Shown here in pieces: positions 1-13,787 of a stretch of 64,000 bases of DNA. Numbering within the stretch: the first letter of the stretch is position 1; each line of letters begins with the position of its first letter. Made by a program: the position numbers and the translations under genes. Source of the stretch: Octopus vulgaris. Lineage: Eukaryota. The DNA is taken from contig OX597825.1 of the NCBI GenBank assembly GCA_951406725.2, positions 67,022,001-67,086,000 of the forward strand, given 5' to 3'. The notes under the pieces are model-generated. The model saw only the letters and a program-made list of their open reading frames with translations, made no database searches and had not been told where the DNA came from.

Positions 1-325
1 ACACACACACACACATTCACACACACGTACAGACAGATACCAACCATTCTTCACACTTTCTTATCCTAGAACGCACTTTCTCTTTGTCGATCTACTTCCG
101 ATCATTTCAAAAATGTAACCACACGTGGATTGTTGGCAACTTTTCATCCGTCTTCCTTTTCTTTTGGAACTTTCCTATGTTTCCTGTTATCGAAGACGAG
201 CTATCCGCGGAACGTAAAGCAACCACTCTTTCCTTCTCTGAGCGTCTTATTAATATTTTACATGTGCTACGTCCATGTGTTGTTGTTTGTTCTTGTCTTC
301 TTTCTGCGTTTTTTAAAATCAAGTT

Positions 326-400
<75 letters not shown>

Positions 401-867
401 GAAATTTACAGAAAAACGAAAGACGAAAACAGGTGTATAAACAACAAACAGTACCAGTTTCTGTAGCGAGTCTTCTAATTATTAATATTGGGTTACACCT
501 GAACTTTTCTTTGGTGCTTTTGGTCAGCTTTTGAGCTCTCACTGATCAAAGTGGAGTAGTTTGGTAAGCAGGAACCGGTCTCTTTTATTCGTTTGATTAC
601 TTTGTATACTCCTGATCTGCTGACAATGTCTGTCAAGATCTTGAAAATCTCGCCAAGAGTTTTCTCTTTCCTGAAACCCTTCCAATTGCTTTACTCGTTC
701 CATTCAGCTTAATTACTAGCTTCAAGTATACTAAATTTCAAATATAATTTAGCTTTAATACTACCTTAGATGTTTAGAGTATTATATTTCTGAAATAAGA
801 ACAGAAATGTTAATTAAATTTAAGTAAAACAAATGTCTACACTTGGATTAATCGTCGTGTATATATA

Positions 868-1629
868 TTTATTTCTTTATTTCCCACAAGGGGCTAAGCA
901 TAGAGAGGACAAACAAGGACAGATAAAGGGATTTAGTCGATTACATCGATCCTAGTGCGTAACTGGTACTTAATTTATCGACCCCGAAAGGATGAAAGGC
1001 AAAGTCAACCTCGGCGGAACTTCAACTCAGAACGGATTATCGGCAGACGAAATACCTATTTCTTTATTACCCACAAGGGGCTAAACACATAGGGAACAAT
1101 CAAGGACAGACATAGGTATTAAGTCGATTACATCGACCCCGAAAGGATGAAAGGCAAAGTCGACCTCGGCGGAATTTGAACTCACAACGTAACGCAGACG
1201 AAATACCGCTAAGCATTTCCCCCGGCGTGCTAACGATTCTTATTTATTTATTGCCCAGAAGGGGCTAAACATAGAGGGGACACACAAGGACAGACGAAGG
1301 GATTAAGTCGGTTATATCGACCCCAGTGCATAACTGGTACTTAATTTATCGACTCCGAAAGGATAAAAGGCAAAGTCGACCTCGGCGGAATTTGAACTCA
1401 GAACGTAACGGCAGAGGAAATACCTATTTCTTTACTACCCAGAAGGGGCTAAACGCAGAGAGGACAAACAAGGACAGACAAACGGATTAAGTCGATTATG
1501 TCGACCCCAGTCCGTAACTGGTACTTATTTAATTGACCCCGAAAGGATGAAAGGCAAAGCCGACCTCGGCGGAATTTGAACTCAGAACGTAACGGCAGAC
1601 GAAATACCGCTAATCATTTCGCCGCCTTA
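868..1629 (-). mobile_element. Tandem array of four partial/complete tRNA-derived SINEs (group A)
   Basis: Repeated ...CCCACAAGGGGCTAAAC...GACCCCGAAAGGATGAAAGGCAAAGTCGACCTCGGCGGAATTTGAACTC. The minus strand has B-box GAGTTCAAATTCC. Confidence 0.9.
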
Positions 1630-1644
1630 TCTTGTATATATATT

Positions 1645-1952
1645 ACTATAAACGAAAAGTATAATAGTCACTAAATGCGGCTAAGGGCGTCAAGACACCT
1701 ATACTACTTGAAATAAGAGCTAAAATACTCTAATCCTGTTGTAAAAGCTCATAAGTGTATACATATATGCTCACAGGGGCTGCAATCGCCAAAAAGACAC
1801 CGACTTGAGAATCCGTATAATGAAAGTTCAGCTTCGGCTATTTCCGTAACATCTTTAATAGGCTACGGAAATATAATAGACACTAAGTGGGACCAGGGGC
1901 GGTAAGACACCTAAATGCAAAACTGCTCTATTGCTGTAGTAAAAGCACATGA
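1645..1952. repeat. Diverged direct repeat (period ~210 bp)
   Basis: TATAATAG.CACTAA.TG.G.C.A.GG.CG..AAGACACCTA...TG.TGT.GTAAAAGC.CAT occurs twice. Confidence 0.6.
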
Positions 1953-2126
1953 CTACGTTTCCATAAAGGAAACATGCATATTTAATGTGTTGTGTGTGCG
2001 CATGTGCGTATATGTCACTCAAGATATATAGCGATATTCGTAATATATCGATACAGCTTTATATACACACGCATACACATACACACACATGTATATCCCT
2101 ACACACACACACATACACACGCACAC

Positions 2127-2158
<32 letters not shown>

Positions 2159-2275
2159 CAATATATATGCGTCAATAAATAAACATGTAGAGGTGAAAGA
2201 TTTTGTTATCTATATTCTTGAATGTGCTTATTGTATTTCACGTGGACATGTACGTGTGTATACGTGTGTGTATGT

Positions 2276-2332
<57 letters not shown>

Positions 2333-2544
2333 GTGTGTGTGTGTTTGGATCAGTATGTTTCCATTACTTGAATTTTTCCAAATCTTACCATTTTACTTCT
2401 TTGAAAATATTGCCGTTCGCAAAAAAAATAAGAAAAAAAGAACACAGATGATAACCTATATTTCTGCATTCTTTTTTCCATTCGCATTCCTTGTACAAAT
2501 CCTTATCAGATTAGATATAAGTAATTTTCACTATATTTTCTGCA

Positions 2545-2546
<2 letters not shown>

Positions 2547-2597
<51 letters not shown>

Positions 2598-2721
2598 ATT
2601 ATTGGTATATATGGGAATATTCATATTTATATGTGTATGCTTCAGTGTGTTTGTGTGTCTATGTATTTGTGTTTAAATATATCTGTGTATATATATATGT
2701 GTGTGTGTGTGGGTGTCTGTG

Positions 2722-2777
<56 letters not shown>

Positions 2778-2869
2778 TATATAAATATATATATATATAT
2801 AAATATATATATATGTATATATATATATGTATATATATATGTATATATATATATGTATGTATATATATT

Positions 2870-2926
<57 letters not shown>

Positions 2927-2993
2927 ATATATATATATGTATATATATATATGTATATATATATGTATATATATATATGTATGTATATATATT

Positions 2994-3060
<67 letters not shown>
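2547..3060. repeat. Compound (TA)n/(TG)n microsatellite, representative of dozens in the window
   Basis: Direct inspection. Other long tracts lie at ~325-397, 4970-5235, 9900-10480, 27120-27560, 31350-31850, 34940-35260, 37290-37612, 58365-58480 and 61722-61912. Confidence 0.99.
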
Positions 3061-3061
<1 letters not shown>

Positions 3062-3399
3062 ACTGTTGCTCGTATTTCTATGAGACCCTGAGCGAAACAC
3101 CTGAAAAATACGGAAGGATCAAGAGAGAGGAAGCGAAATAGTAAGAGAGCAAACGAATGAAATTGGTGAATGGAAGTCTGCTCTGAAACAAATGCATATG
3201 CATGTAGCCGAAGAGATGAATTCGCACATACGTATATAGTGACAGTGATGCATTTAATTTTACATAAACTATATCGAACAAATCCAAATCATGTTGGGTG
3301 TCTACATGGAAAAATATTCCTGGAGTGTTTGTGTGTGCCTCTGTGTGTTTGTGTGAGTGTGCGTTTGTGTGTGTATATACATATGGACACATATACGTA

Positions 3400-3903
3400 T
3401 CCCTCTGTTATGGAATAGGTTCATAAACACCAACTCAAGGAATGCTGGTGGAATATTCCCATCCAAACGTCTGTCAAATGTGAATAAGAGACCGGATATT
3501 GTTGTTTGGTACGTGGGGTTGGGTGGCAAAGGTATGTACCCTGCATATATAAATATCTGTTTGAAAATCAAAGAAAAATAGGATATTTATGGACAAATAC
3601 TTCGAAACTTCCAGCTTCTATATCCAGGCTATGAATTCATTTTCATACCAATAATAATTGGATCACTAGGTTTTGTTAGTAAATACTTAAAGGAGAATCT
3701 GGATAAACTGGGATTTTCAGAAAGAGAAATCGACCGGTTAATTCGTACATTACTAGTACAATCTGTGAGTGGAATAGTAAAGATATGCAAGATTTTTCTC
3801 AAGTTCTAAATGTGAATTTTTGAGTGTTAACTACTTGCCAAAGATGGAGCCTTGTATCTTAGTTGGAAACCGGCTCCCTCCTCAGCGGAAGATTCATAAT
3901 AAT
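3400..3903 (+). mobile_element. 3' end of an RLE-type non-LTR retrotransposon (R4/Dong-like)
   Basis: KRPDIVVW...PAYINICLKIKEK*DIYGQILRNFQLLYPGYEFIFIPIIIGSLG...LVQSVSGIVKICKIFLKF*, a restriction-like endonuclease domain. It is followed by a short 3' UTR (GGAGCC...GGCTCC) ending in TAATAA. Confidence 0.75.
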
Positions 3904-4993
3904 TAAAAAATAGAAGTGACTTACAAAAATACTCTGTTGCTGATGTTGAAATTCCACTGAAGGAAACATGGAACTAGGTTACAAAGCGGCTCTTTCTCTA
4001 TTACCAAGAAATCTTGAAATAAAACTGAACAATGACATAAATACATACATACATACATGCATATATGGATAGATGAATGCATGTGTTGTTATAGAAAAGA
4101 TGCGTACTATAGTGTATATGGTTTGGTATTTGGACCCAAAATATACTAATATAAGCGATCAGAAAGAAGCATGTGTGAGTGTGTGTGTGTATAAAACAAT
4201 ATACAGTACCTTGTGACTGGGTGTGTGTATATAGGCCATTAACGATACAGACTAACGCCCCTTCAAAAAAGCATTTAAAAACTAATCGGTAATAGATAAA
4301 CTTTAAACAGGGATTCGTTTGAGTCTAGAGAGGAGCCAGTTGTTCCATTGTGAGAAACGAAATATAATTCAGATACTTGAAAGAGACCAGGAAACAGCTG
4401 ATCAATACTGGAATGGTCAGTCTTCATCACTTTATCCCTCTAAATGCTTAGAACTTCCTTATAATCTCACCTTTAAAATAGGATGGTAATTTATAGTCGA
4501 CCCGACCATTTTCTTCTCTTTTGTGTGTTTCTTTATGTATTTTGCATTGTGATTATAATTGCATTTTGTCTGTCGCTACATCTATGGGTTTAGTTATGTC
4601 TTTCAACTGTTGAAAATAACATCATTTCGGGTATGCATTGTCACACAGAGTGAAATGAAAAGGGGATTCAACAAAGGTCTTATTTAAACAATCACTTAAG
4701 GAGACGCATTTAGCATCTTGGAGGTATAATAACGATCACACAACACATCAATAATGTACTACAGTTTTAAAAACGTGTCGAAACGATTATAGTGGTTTTA
4801 TACAAAGAATGTTGTCCATTCCATTGTCGAATGTGTATTTATTTATATAAACTCTGCGGATAGTACGGAATTCCTGATATATGTACAGTAGCAGAAGCCT
4901 TACTATTCTTTGATAACACCAGGTAGCCAATAACTGCGGACGAGCTTTGAATAGAATTTTACCTGGATCTTATATATATATATATATGTGTGC

Positions 4994-5049
<56 letters not shown>

Positions 5050-5075
5050 TGAGTGAGTGAGAGAGGAGAGAGAGT

Positions 5076-5111
<36 letters not shown>

Positions 5112-5128
5112 TAAAATGTTTATGTATA

Positions 5129-5237
<109 letters not shown>

Positions 5238-5845
5238 TATTCATTTATATTTTCTGTGTATTTGTGTATGCATATGTATCATATTACTATTGCACTTATA
5301 TTAACATGAATCTTCTCTACAAATAAAAAAAAAATGTATTCCAAGATCATTTAATGTTTTTTCTCAGAAACATTTATTTTTTTGTTTCATTCTTTGCTTT
5401 TAATTTTCCTACGATTTCTTATATTCCTGAGGCTATATATATATGCTTCCTGTGCCCTGACCACTTCATTCTTTTACGCTCTTTATCTTAATTCAATATC
5501 AACAATATATATATATATAACTAAGCGCTTTTAGTTTAGTACACGATTTCTAATTTGCAAAGAAATGCGCCTGAGGAGTTATAGAAAAATATAGCAATTT
5601 CAGTGAAAGATCTTGTTCTCTGAACTCCTAAACAATCAATACGCTTTCCATGACCTGTTGGTGCAGTACATAGTTACATACAAATACATAAGAGGAGACA
5701 CAATGCTACGATTTGGTGAGTATGTACGTCACTCAGTTTAACAAATATGGTTTCCGTAATCATTCGAAGGTTTACGCACATACACACATGCATACACACA
5801 CACATACACACACACACACACACACACAGACAGACACACACAGAG

Positions 5846-5919
<74 letters not shown>

Positions 5920-5925
5920 GTATTA

Positions 5926-6446
5926 TAGTAAAATCTATTTGCCAACGTAAAGTGGCAGTTCTGCGTAGAACCATGTTACTACCGTTTAACCCCGGGAAGA
6001 CATCTTTTCCGGTTGGTTATTGACACAATCTGCGGCAGAAATATACTCCGAGCAAGGGAGCGTAATGCTCCCATCTAGCAACTACCAGTGCCACGAGAAC
6101 AATAGTTTCTGGGTAATTTCCCGTCCTCCCTGCTGGACAACCGCCGGCTAGAGATAGCAGCTTAATCGGCCTTACCTACAGTGTATAAATATATAAGTGA
6201 AAGACAGTCACTGATCCCTTAATGAGTAAAACAGCTAGTTTTAAATCTGTGAATGAGATCTATGTGGTAACTATACTGCGTAGTAAAATCAGTTTGCCTA
6301 CGTAAGGTGGCAATCCTGCGTAGGATCTTGTTACTACCTTTTAACCCCAGGAAAACATCTTTACCAGCTGGTTATAGATACGCAATCTGTGTCTGGAATA
6401 CACTGTAAACAAGGGAGCGTGCTACTCCAAATTTACTTCTAGCAGT
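5926..6446 (+). repeat. Diverged tandem repeat (period ~355 bp) with conserved hairpins
   Basis: 5926-6090 aligns with 6281-6446; compensatory changes occur in the stems. Confidence 0.75.
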
Positions 6447-6476
6447 ACTATACAAATATATATATATATATGTATG

Positions 6477-6569
<93 letters not shown>

Positions 6570-7498
6570 AAGGTCTAACGTTCGATGTAATTGGTCAGTT
6601 GAGATTTAAAAACAAAAGTCCAACTATTGAGACCTACTATTGAGACTATTAAGATAAATAAATAAATGAATAAGAAATGGTGTATGCTGTAAGGGGCCCC
6701 AAAACGCTTAGGATAGTAAATGCTAGATTTAAAAGATAGTAATAATATAAAATAAATATTAAGAAACGAACATATTCGGACATTTAGGAAGTAAGGTGGT
6801 TGGTATTAAGAATGGTCAAAACGTTTTTAATAGGAATGTGAAATTTGTAAAAACAATGAAACGAATTTTTTTCAGTAGGATAACTAGGGAAATATTTATG
6901 GTTAAAGGGACGTAATAACTAGATCAAGTGGCCTAAATTAGGGACTGCTGATCTGCCATCCGGGATACCAAATTAGTGAGCTGATTAACCCAACAAGCAG
7001 CTAATTTTCCACCTAATTGGTTAAACAATCTATAAATCAGTCAGCCTAATGGTCAATTAAATTAGTAACATATTAGCACAGTTACTCGCCACACACCCAA
7101 ACTCTACGCATACACACACGAACACACACATGCACACACACACACTACAAACAACACACACACACGATACATATACTTACACGCACACACCTTTGTTTTC
7201 GACCTGGTTTTGACCTTGCTGGACACAAAAAAGTGCCACTCCTTTATGACAGCTGGCCTGCCATGCCTGTTATTCACCATACATACATACACACACACAC
7301 GCACGCACGCACAAACACACTTGTCATCCTTGCACACACACACACACACACACGCACCCACACACATTTCCTGTCTTTGAAACTCTCTTGTTTTTAAAAA
7401 TCATGATTCGTCTACCTTTCAACTTTTGTTCTTTCAACATGTGATCTCTTGAGCACCACCAGCAAAACAATTTTTTCCTCTGTCTTCCCTTCTCCTTT

Positions 7499-7533
7499 GT
7501 TTCCGACGAAAAGCTCCGCTCGAAACGTTAAAC
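7499..7533 (+). ncRNA. Minimal hammerhead-like motif (CCGACGA core, ACGU stem III)
   Basis: GUUU-CCGACGA-A-AAGC ucc GCUC-GAAA-CGU-U-AAAC. More decayed relatives lie at ~185-220 and ~57488-57522. Confidence 0.55.
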
Positions 7534-7739
7534 CCTCCTTCCCTTCTTTCCTGAGCGTCAAATAATTCTTTAATTGTTCCACGTCCTCGCGTTGGTGTGT
7601 TTTTTTCTGTGTTTTCTTGTTTGGATTATCTATATATATATATGTGGGGAGAGTTTACGAAAAAAACAAAAGACGAAGACAGGTGGTGTACAAAACAAAC
7701 AAATGTTAGAGTATAACGCTCAGGAATAGAAAAAAAGTA

Positions 7740-7773
7740 TTTTACGTTTCGAGCCTACGCCCTTCTACAGAAA
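7740..7773 (-). ncRNA. Minimal hammerhead-like motif (CUGUAGA core)
   Basis: UUU-CUGUAGA-A-GGGC guag GCUC-GAAA-CGU-A-AAA. A related copy lies on + at 49295-49330 (CUGUGGA-A-GAGC guag GCUC-GAAACGU). Confidence 0.55.
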
Positions 7774-8344
7774 GGGACGCAGAAAAAACGAGGAGAGAAA
7801 CAAGGAGAGAAAAATGTGTGTAGTGGCTAACGATATATCATATATATACATATACACCCATGTGCATTCACATACACGTATGCACATTTACATACAGTAT
7901 CCATCCACTCAAGTACACACACACACACACACATATATAAGTGTTAAAAAATTATTTCGTTGTGCTGGGATTTAGTGAAATGAGGAAATACAATAAGGTG
8001 TCTCAATTAAATAGAAGTAGACCAATGAGGACTTAAGGTGGTCTACAAAAAAACTGAAGTGAAATAAACCAGCAATGAGTATGAGATAGTAAAATGTTAC
8101 AAAATACTGACAAATTCATTATGGAGGAGGAAGGTACTATTAAGAGTAGGGGAATGGAAACTTGAGCAGTCTATAGTCCAAATTTATGATGAGCGTTAAA
8201 AGAACTAGCGTTATATAATTATAAGCGGGTGTAAAGTTTATTTTGAGTAGTAGTAAAATGGTCCATCATGATATAATATAATTTAGTTATTATGTGTAGA
8301 AGAAGGGTCTCAAACCTCAGATGTATATATATATACACACACAT

Positions 8345-9700
8345 TTATATATATTCATACACACATATATATACACATATACATACATAAATATACACAT
8401 ATCTATACACGCATAGATATCTCAAGACAGACACATACAGACAGGCATGCAGACACACATATCTATATACACCTATACATACATACCCACATATATAAAC
8501 ATATAGTACATAAAAGAGTGTATACTCATATATAGCTCTGTTTGGATGGTAGGTTGGATGGTAGTGGATTGTTTGGATGGTAGTTTCGCGCGGTTTCGGT
8601 ATTATTTTTTCGTTCAATTTCGGTTGGTGTTTTCGAATAAATTGTTCTTCTTTGACCTTACGAAAATGTTGCTTTTCTCTCAATAGTTTGAAGAAAGGAA
8701 ATATTTTAAATTTTCTTTTCCCACATGTTTCGAAGTGTTCATAGCAATTTGTTTTTCTAAGAGAAGGCACATGGATTTGTTGCTTATGTACCCTTACTCT
8801 CTCATATAGTTCAATGCTCGTTTCACCAATGTAGTGTTCGTTGCATTCGGGACATGTGGTACAGTAGATTATGTTTCTAGATTTCAAATTCATATTTAAA
8901 TTTATTATAAATGTGTTGTTGTCTTTGAAAGATATTTGTTCTCTCTTAATGTAATCACACGTTCCACATCGAGGGTCACTACATTTTTTAACATTCTTTG
9001 TTATTTCTCTAGTTCTAAATCTTGCTTGGGTTAAGAGCTTTTTTAGGTCTGCTATAAATTATTTTTGATTCTGTAATTTGTTTTTTCTTGGTTAGTGTTG
9101 AAGAATAGGGAGGTATCTTTTCGCAGTATTGATGATGTCATGATTTCTTGGATTGTGGGCGATGACAAAAGGAACGCTTATGTGTTCATTTTTATTTTTG
9201 TGCGTTTGTTTTCCTTTGGCGTCTGTAGATTGAATTGTCTATGCATCTTGCACACGGTATTTTTATCCTTGTTTTGGTTTAGCTTCTTGTAGAAGTGCTG
9301 GGCATTGAGCTGTTCCATAACCATATCTCTGTAATGGTTCTTGTCCACGATAACTATTGCCTCACCTTTGTCAACATCTTTGAAAACTATCGAAGAATCT
9401 TTTTGTAAACAATATAATACTTCCAACTGATCTTTAGATATGTCGGATTTACATTTCCTTTCTGTCATATTAGTTTGAGATGATCACCGTAGGTATTCTT
9501 CTAATGTTTGTCTTATTTAAGAGAAGTATGATATCTGTTCTGTTTTAAACAAGTGATTGGTCTGTGTATCCATTATTTAGAAAAAATCTTCTCAATCGTA
9601 ATTTACGACGAAATTCTTCTGTGTCTTTTATGAGTTCAGCTTCTAGTCATTTTATTCCATTTTCTATAATTTTTATATTCTTTTCTCTTTTCTGTGTATA
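8345..9700 (-). mobile_element. Penelope-like retroelement remnant, internally deleted (N-terminal region joined to linker plus GIY-YIG endonuclease)
   Basis: GIY-YIG: NIIYCTTCPECNEHYIGETS..LYERVRVH...CYEHF...EEQFIRKHQPKLN, preceded by KCSDPRCGTC. The PLE pre-RT motif SIVFKDVDKGEAIVIVDKNHY lies at 9178-9468. No RT catalytic core lies between them. Confidence 0.85.
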
Positions 9701-10151
9701 TTTTTTGTATGTCTACTTGTAAGAAAAAATCTTTTTTTTTTGTTGAGCAACCAGGGAAACATAATTTTCAGTTTGAAAACGGCTACTTGAAGTTCGAAAC
9801 TGATATCAGAGTAACTCACTGTAAACATTATTGCTAAAATTAAAATAAAAATGATCCACTCAAAAAGCTATCTCTACTCATTCTTTCAAATAAATACTCA
9901 CATATACATACATACACACACACATGCACACACACAAACACACACACACAAACACATACACACACAAATATATACATATTTATATATATACATATATACA
10001 TACATATATATGTATATCAATACATATATAAATATATATTTGTATGTATATACACATATATATGTATATATACATATATATACATATATATACATAAATA
10101 AATGCTTGCATGGATATATCTATATCTATCTATCTATCTATCTCTCTCTCT

Positions 10152-10190
<39 letters not shown>

Positions 10191-10210
10191 CATACATACA
10201 TACATATATA

Positions 10211-10245
<35 letters not shown>

Positions 10246-10338
10246 ACTACATAATATACTACGGCTAATAAAGAGTTTTAGTGTGTGTTTTTTTCATAAT
10301 TATGAACAACTGACGGATTACAGATCATGTACATACAT

Positions 10339-10369
<31 letters not shown>

Positions 10370-10376
10370 TACACAC

Positions 10377-10486
<110 letters not shown>

Positions 10487-11186
10487 TTAGTGCTAAGCAT
10501 AAAAAGGCGTGGCACTGTCTCTTCTATTTTAGCCTCGGGCCTGCCAAACCTTTCTGAGGTGATTTGGTAGACGGAAACTCTCTCTCTCTGTCTCTTTCTG
10601 TATATGTATGTATGTATGTATGCATGTATGTATGTATGTATGTATGTATGTATGTATGTATGTATGTATGTATGTATGTATGAATGTATGTATATATGTA
10701 TGAATGTATGTATGTATTATGTTTGTGTGTGTGTATGTGTGAGTGTGTGTGTTTGTGAGTGCCTGTGTGTGTCATTGTGTCGGTGCTTGTCTCCCACATT
10801 GTTTACGTCCTCGTTAGGTAGCGGTTCGTTGCAAGAAAACCGATAAAATATGTAACAGACTTGAAACTAGACGAAATACGTCCGGCTAAAATACCTCAAG
10901 GCGGTACCCCAGCATGGCCACACTCTAATAACTGAAACATGTGAACGATAAAAGATGAAAGATATACATATTCACACAACGCACACATATGTACATAGGT
11001 CCGTAGATATACTGTCACTTTCAAATTATATAAGATGTGCGTGCGTGTGTGTGTGTTTGTGTGTGTCTGTGTGTGTGTCTCTCTCTTTCCCCCTCTCTCT
11101 CTCTCTGTCTCTGCGTGTCGTGGTAGAGTAACATCCAGAAAATAGAGCTGTTGTCAATTCATACATAATTTAAGTATCGTTGAATC

Positions 11187-11521
11187 TGAGACCCCCTTCG
11201 GTCACAACACAGACTATGGGATTGCACCTAGAAAGTTTCCCACCGAGGCACAAGTCCGGGCAAGGTTGTTTATGGAAGACCAACAGTCGCCCATGCACAC
11301 CGGCCTCTACTCTCCACGCCACCAGTGTTATCCAAGGGAAAGGTAAAGGGGCCGATACAGCTTGGCACCTGTGACGTCGCAACTCATTTCTACAGCTGAG
11401 TGAACTGGAGCAACGTGAAATAAAGTGTCTTGCTCAAGAACACAACACGCAGCCGGGTCCGGGATTCGAGCTCACAACCTCACGATCGGAAGCTCGACGC
11501 TCTAACCACTGAGCCATGCGT
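11187..11521 (-). mobile_element. SINE group C
   Basis: Reverse complement matches 32804-33140 along its length; tRNA-like head. Confidence 0.88.
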
Positions 11522-12299
11522 TTCATTGAATAATATACACAATTTCAATGTACTTACTGTTGCTGGATGGGTAGTCAATAAACAATGCTCATCTCTTACT
11601 GATTATTTATGTACCTTGCTAAATTCCATATTTCCATTTCCTACGATAATGTATTTCCCTCTCTATAATTCATCATATGTAAATGAAACAATGTTAGCGA
11701 TTATTAATAGATATTACAATATTTGCGTAACCACTCAGAAGTAGCTATATCGTAAACAATGCTATTTGAGATTTATTCTGGTCTATTGCATCGCTTTTAT
11801 CAGAAACGTTTTGCGAAAAATCTTAACAAATGGCAAAACTCAAAAATTAAAAGCAAATATCATGAGAATAACTTTTGAGATGCAGAATTATATCCCCGAT
11901 GCATTTAATGTGAAGTGAAATGTAATAAAATTTATTACAATAAGATTAATATAATGGAAATTTGGATTAGATTCCTAAATTAATTTGGCATGACGGTGAA
12001 TGAAAATAGACACTTTCACCTCCTAAATAACTACTGAAATTGAATATATTTGCATATATTAATTTTGGTTCTGGGTAACAAATGCAATTTAGATAAATGA
12101 ATTAATATGTCATCCCTGGAAGTGGTGTTCCAAAATGAATTATATAGTAACACGCGTGCCTACTGTAATGGATATAAACAACGTATACATATCTGTTTAC
12201 ATACATGGATATTTACACGCATACATTCATAGATTCATACACTTGCTTACGTACAAGCATACATATGTACACTATATATATATATATATATAATGATAA

Positions 12300-12544
12300 A
12301 CGTCGTCCTTTTCAAGCCTAGCCAGGTTCATTGGCCCGGTTTCCCGGTTTCTGTGGCGTATGTGTTCCCCCCCAGCCGGACGGGACGCCAGCCCATCGCA
12401 GCGTTACTCAAGAAACAGGAAGACAGAGTGAGAGAAAGTTGTGGCGGAAGAGTACAACAGGGGTAGTCACCGGAGCCTCGTGGAGCATTTTAGTTGTTTT
12501 CGCTCAATAAACACACACAGCGCCCGGTCTGGGAATCGAAACCG

Positions 12545-12545
<1 letters not shown>
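12300..12545 (-). mobile_element. SINE group C variant, 5'-truncated
   Basis: Body as in 62678, tail as in 47515. Confidence 0.8.
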
Positions 12546-12607
<62 letters not shown>

Positions 12608-13787
12608 AATCAAGGAATGGCCATAATAGGCCATTCACCCACTAGAAATAACAGCCAAAGCTTCAACCGCAAAATAACATCAATTCCGCAAACCAGGAGA
12701 AAATTAAAAAAACATTTACCCTGTAATTTCTTATACGATGCACCGTTTCATCTATTGTTTAATGGCAAATAAATTCTACGAAATTTTTTTGCCACCCTAT
12801 ATTGATTAATTATATATATATATATATATATATTAAACTGAGATGTTAATTGGTGAGACCAAATGAATTTTCTTGAAAACTTTCTTGGTAAATATGTGCT
12901 TTGCCAAAAGAAAAGAGAAATACTAAACATTAACAGCTTGACAAAACAGCTGAAACACCTGTGTCTGTTTAGTTTTTGAGCATACAAATATCAGCGTTAG
13001 GTTTAACATATCAGTTATGAAAGACCCATTGATAAAGTGAAGGAAAAAAACTGAAATTGTCAAGAATGTAAAGGAAACCGTGATAATTAGGATAGTTATT
13101 CCGCAACAGGCATATCATTCACAACAACATTGCAGAATCTATTTTGACACCGCCGTCAAGTTTCTGAATTTCATATTACAAGAAATGTAGCAAGCTTGTT
13201 GTTAAAACTCGGAAACTGCTGGGAATTTCAACATCATTTGAGATGGAAATGAATTATATTTCTCACTCATGGTGAGTGGGGGTTACCTTAAATTGTGATC
13301 GATTTCATATGAGACTCGGTCAGTAACACTTAAGATATATCGCCAACAGAGGAGAAAAAAATCTATCAACAATTCTCTCGCTGAAGTCCCTGAGCTTCAA
13401 AATAAAATTATTTGAAGGATAGCAAATGAACCCGAGGGGAGACAAAAAAAAAAACAAAACAAAAAAAGCAGCGTGAGTAAATTCCTAGGAAGAGATCATT
13501 GTAAAACACTATATAACACTATAACGATATAACAGATATACCAATTGATTGAGAAGGCTGTATGGCGATATTTGATTCTTAAAACATAAATATTGAAGAT
13601 AATCAACCACTGAAAATTTCCCTACATAGAATGCCGTAATCCCAAGAAAGGACGGTGTACAGTAAATACAAAAAATATCAAGTGACAAACAATTGAACGT
13701 TATTTAAAATTACAGGACACAACCACGGGATTTAAAACTGGGAGAATGTCCTTCCTTTAGATACCACATTTTCAAGTCCTTCAATAT

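Noticed and set aside
868-1629. CRISPR-like or satellite interpretation of the regular repeats
   Set aside because: The units are SINE copies with Pol III boxes, there are no unique spacers or cas genes, and the context is eukaryotic.
1992-2906. 304-aa ORF and the many other [16 protein letters not shown] ORFs (e.g. 37254-38154, 31349-31897, 34706-35269)
   Set aside because: They are translations of (TA)n, (CA)n and (TATG)n microsatellites, which lack stop codons; there is no domain content.
5563-5647. Hammerhead-like CUGAGGA-GUU...AACUC-CUAAAC
   Set aside because: The GAAA core is mutated and stem III is not formed; at best a relic.
13040-13785. Mariner-like transposase remnants (also ~16140-16950)
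   Set aside because: Only scattered weak motif resemblance (e.g. YHIFKS); I could not define a frame or TIR pair.
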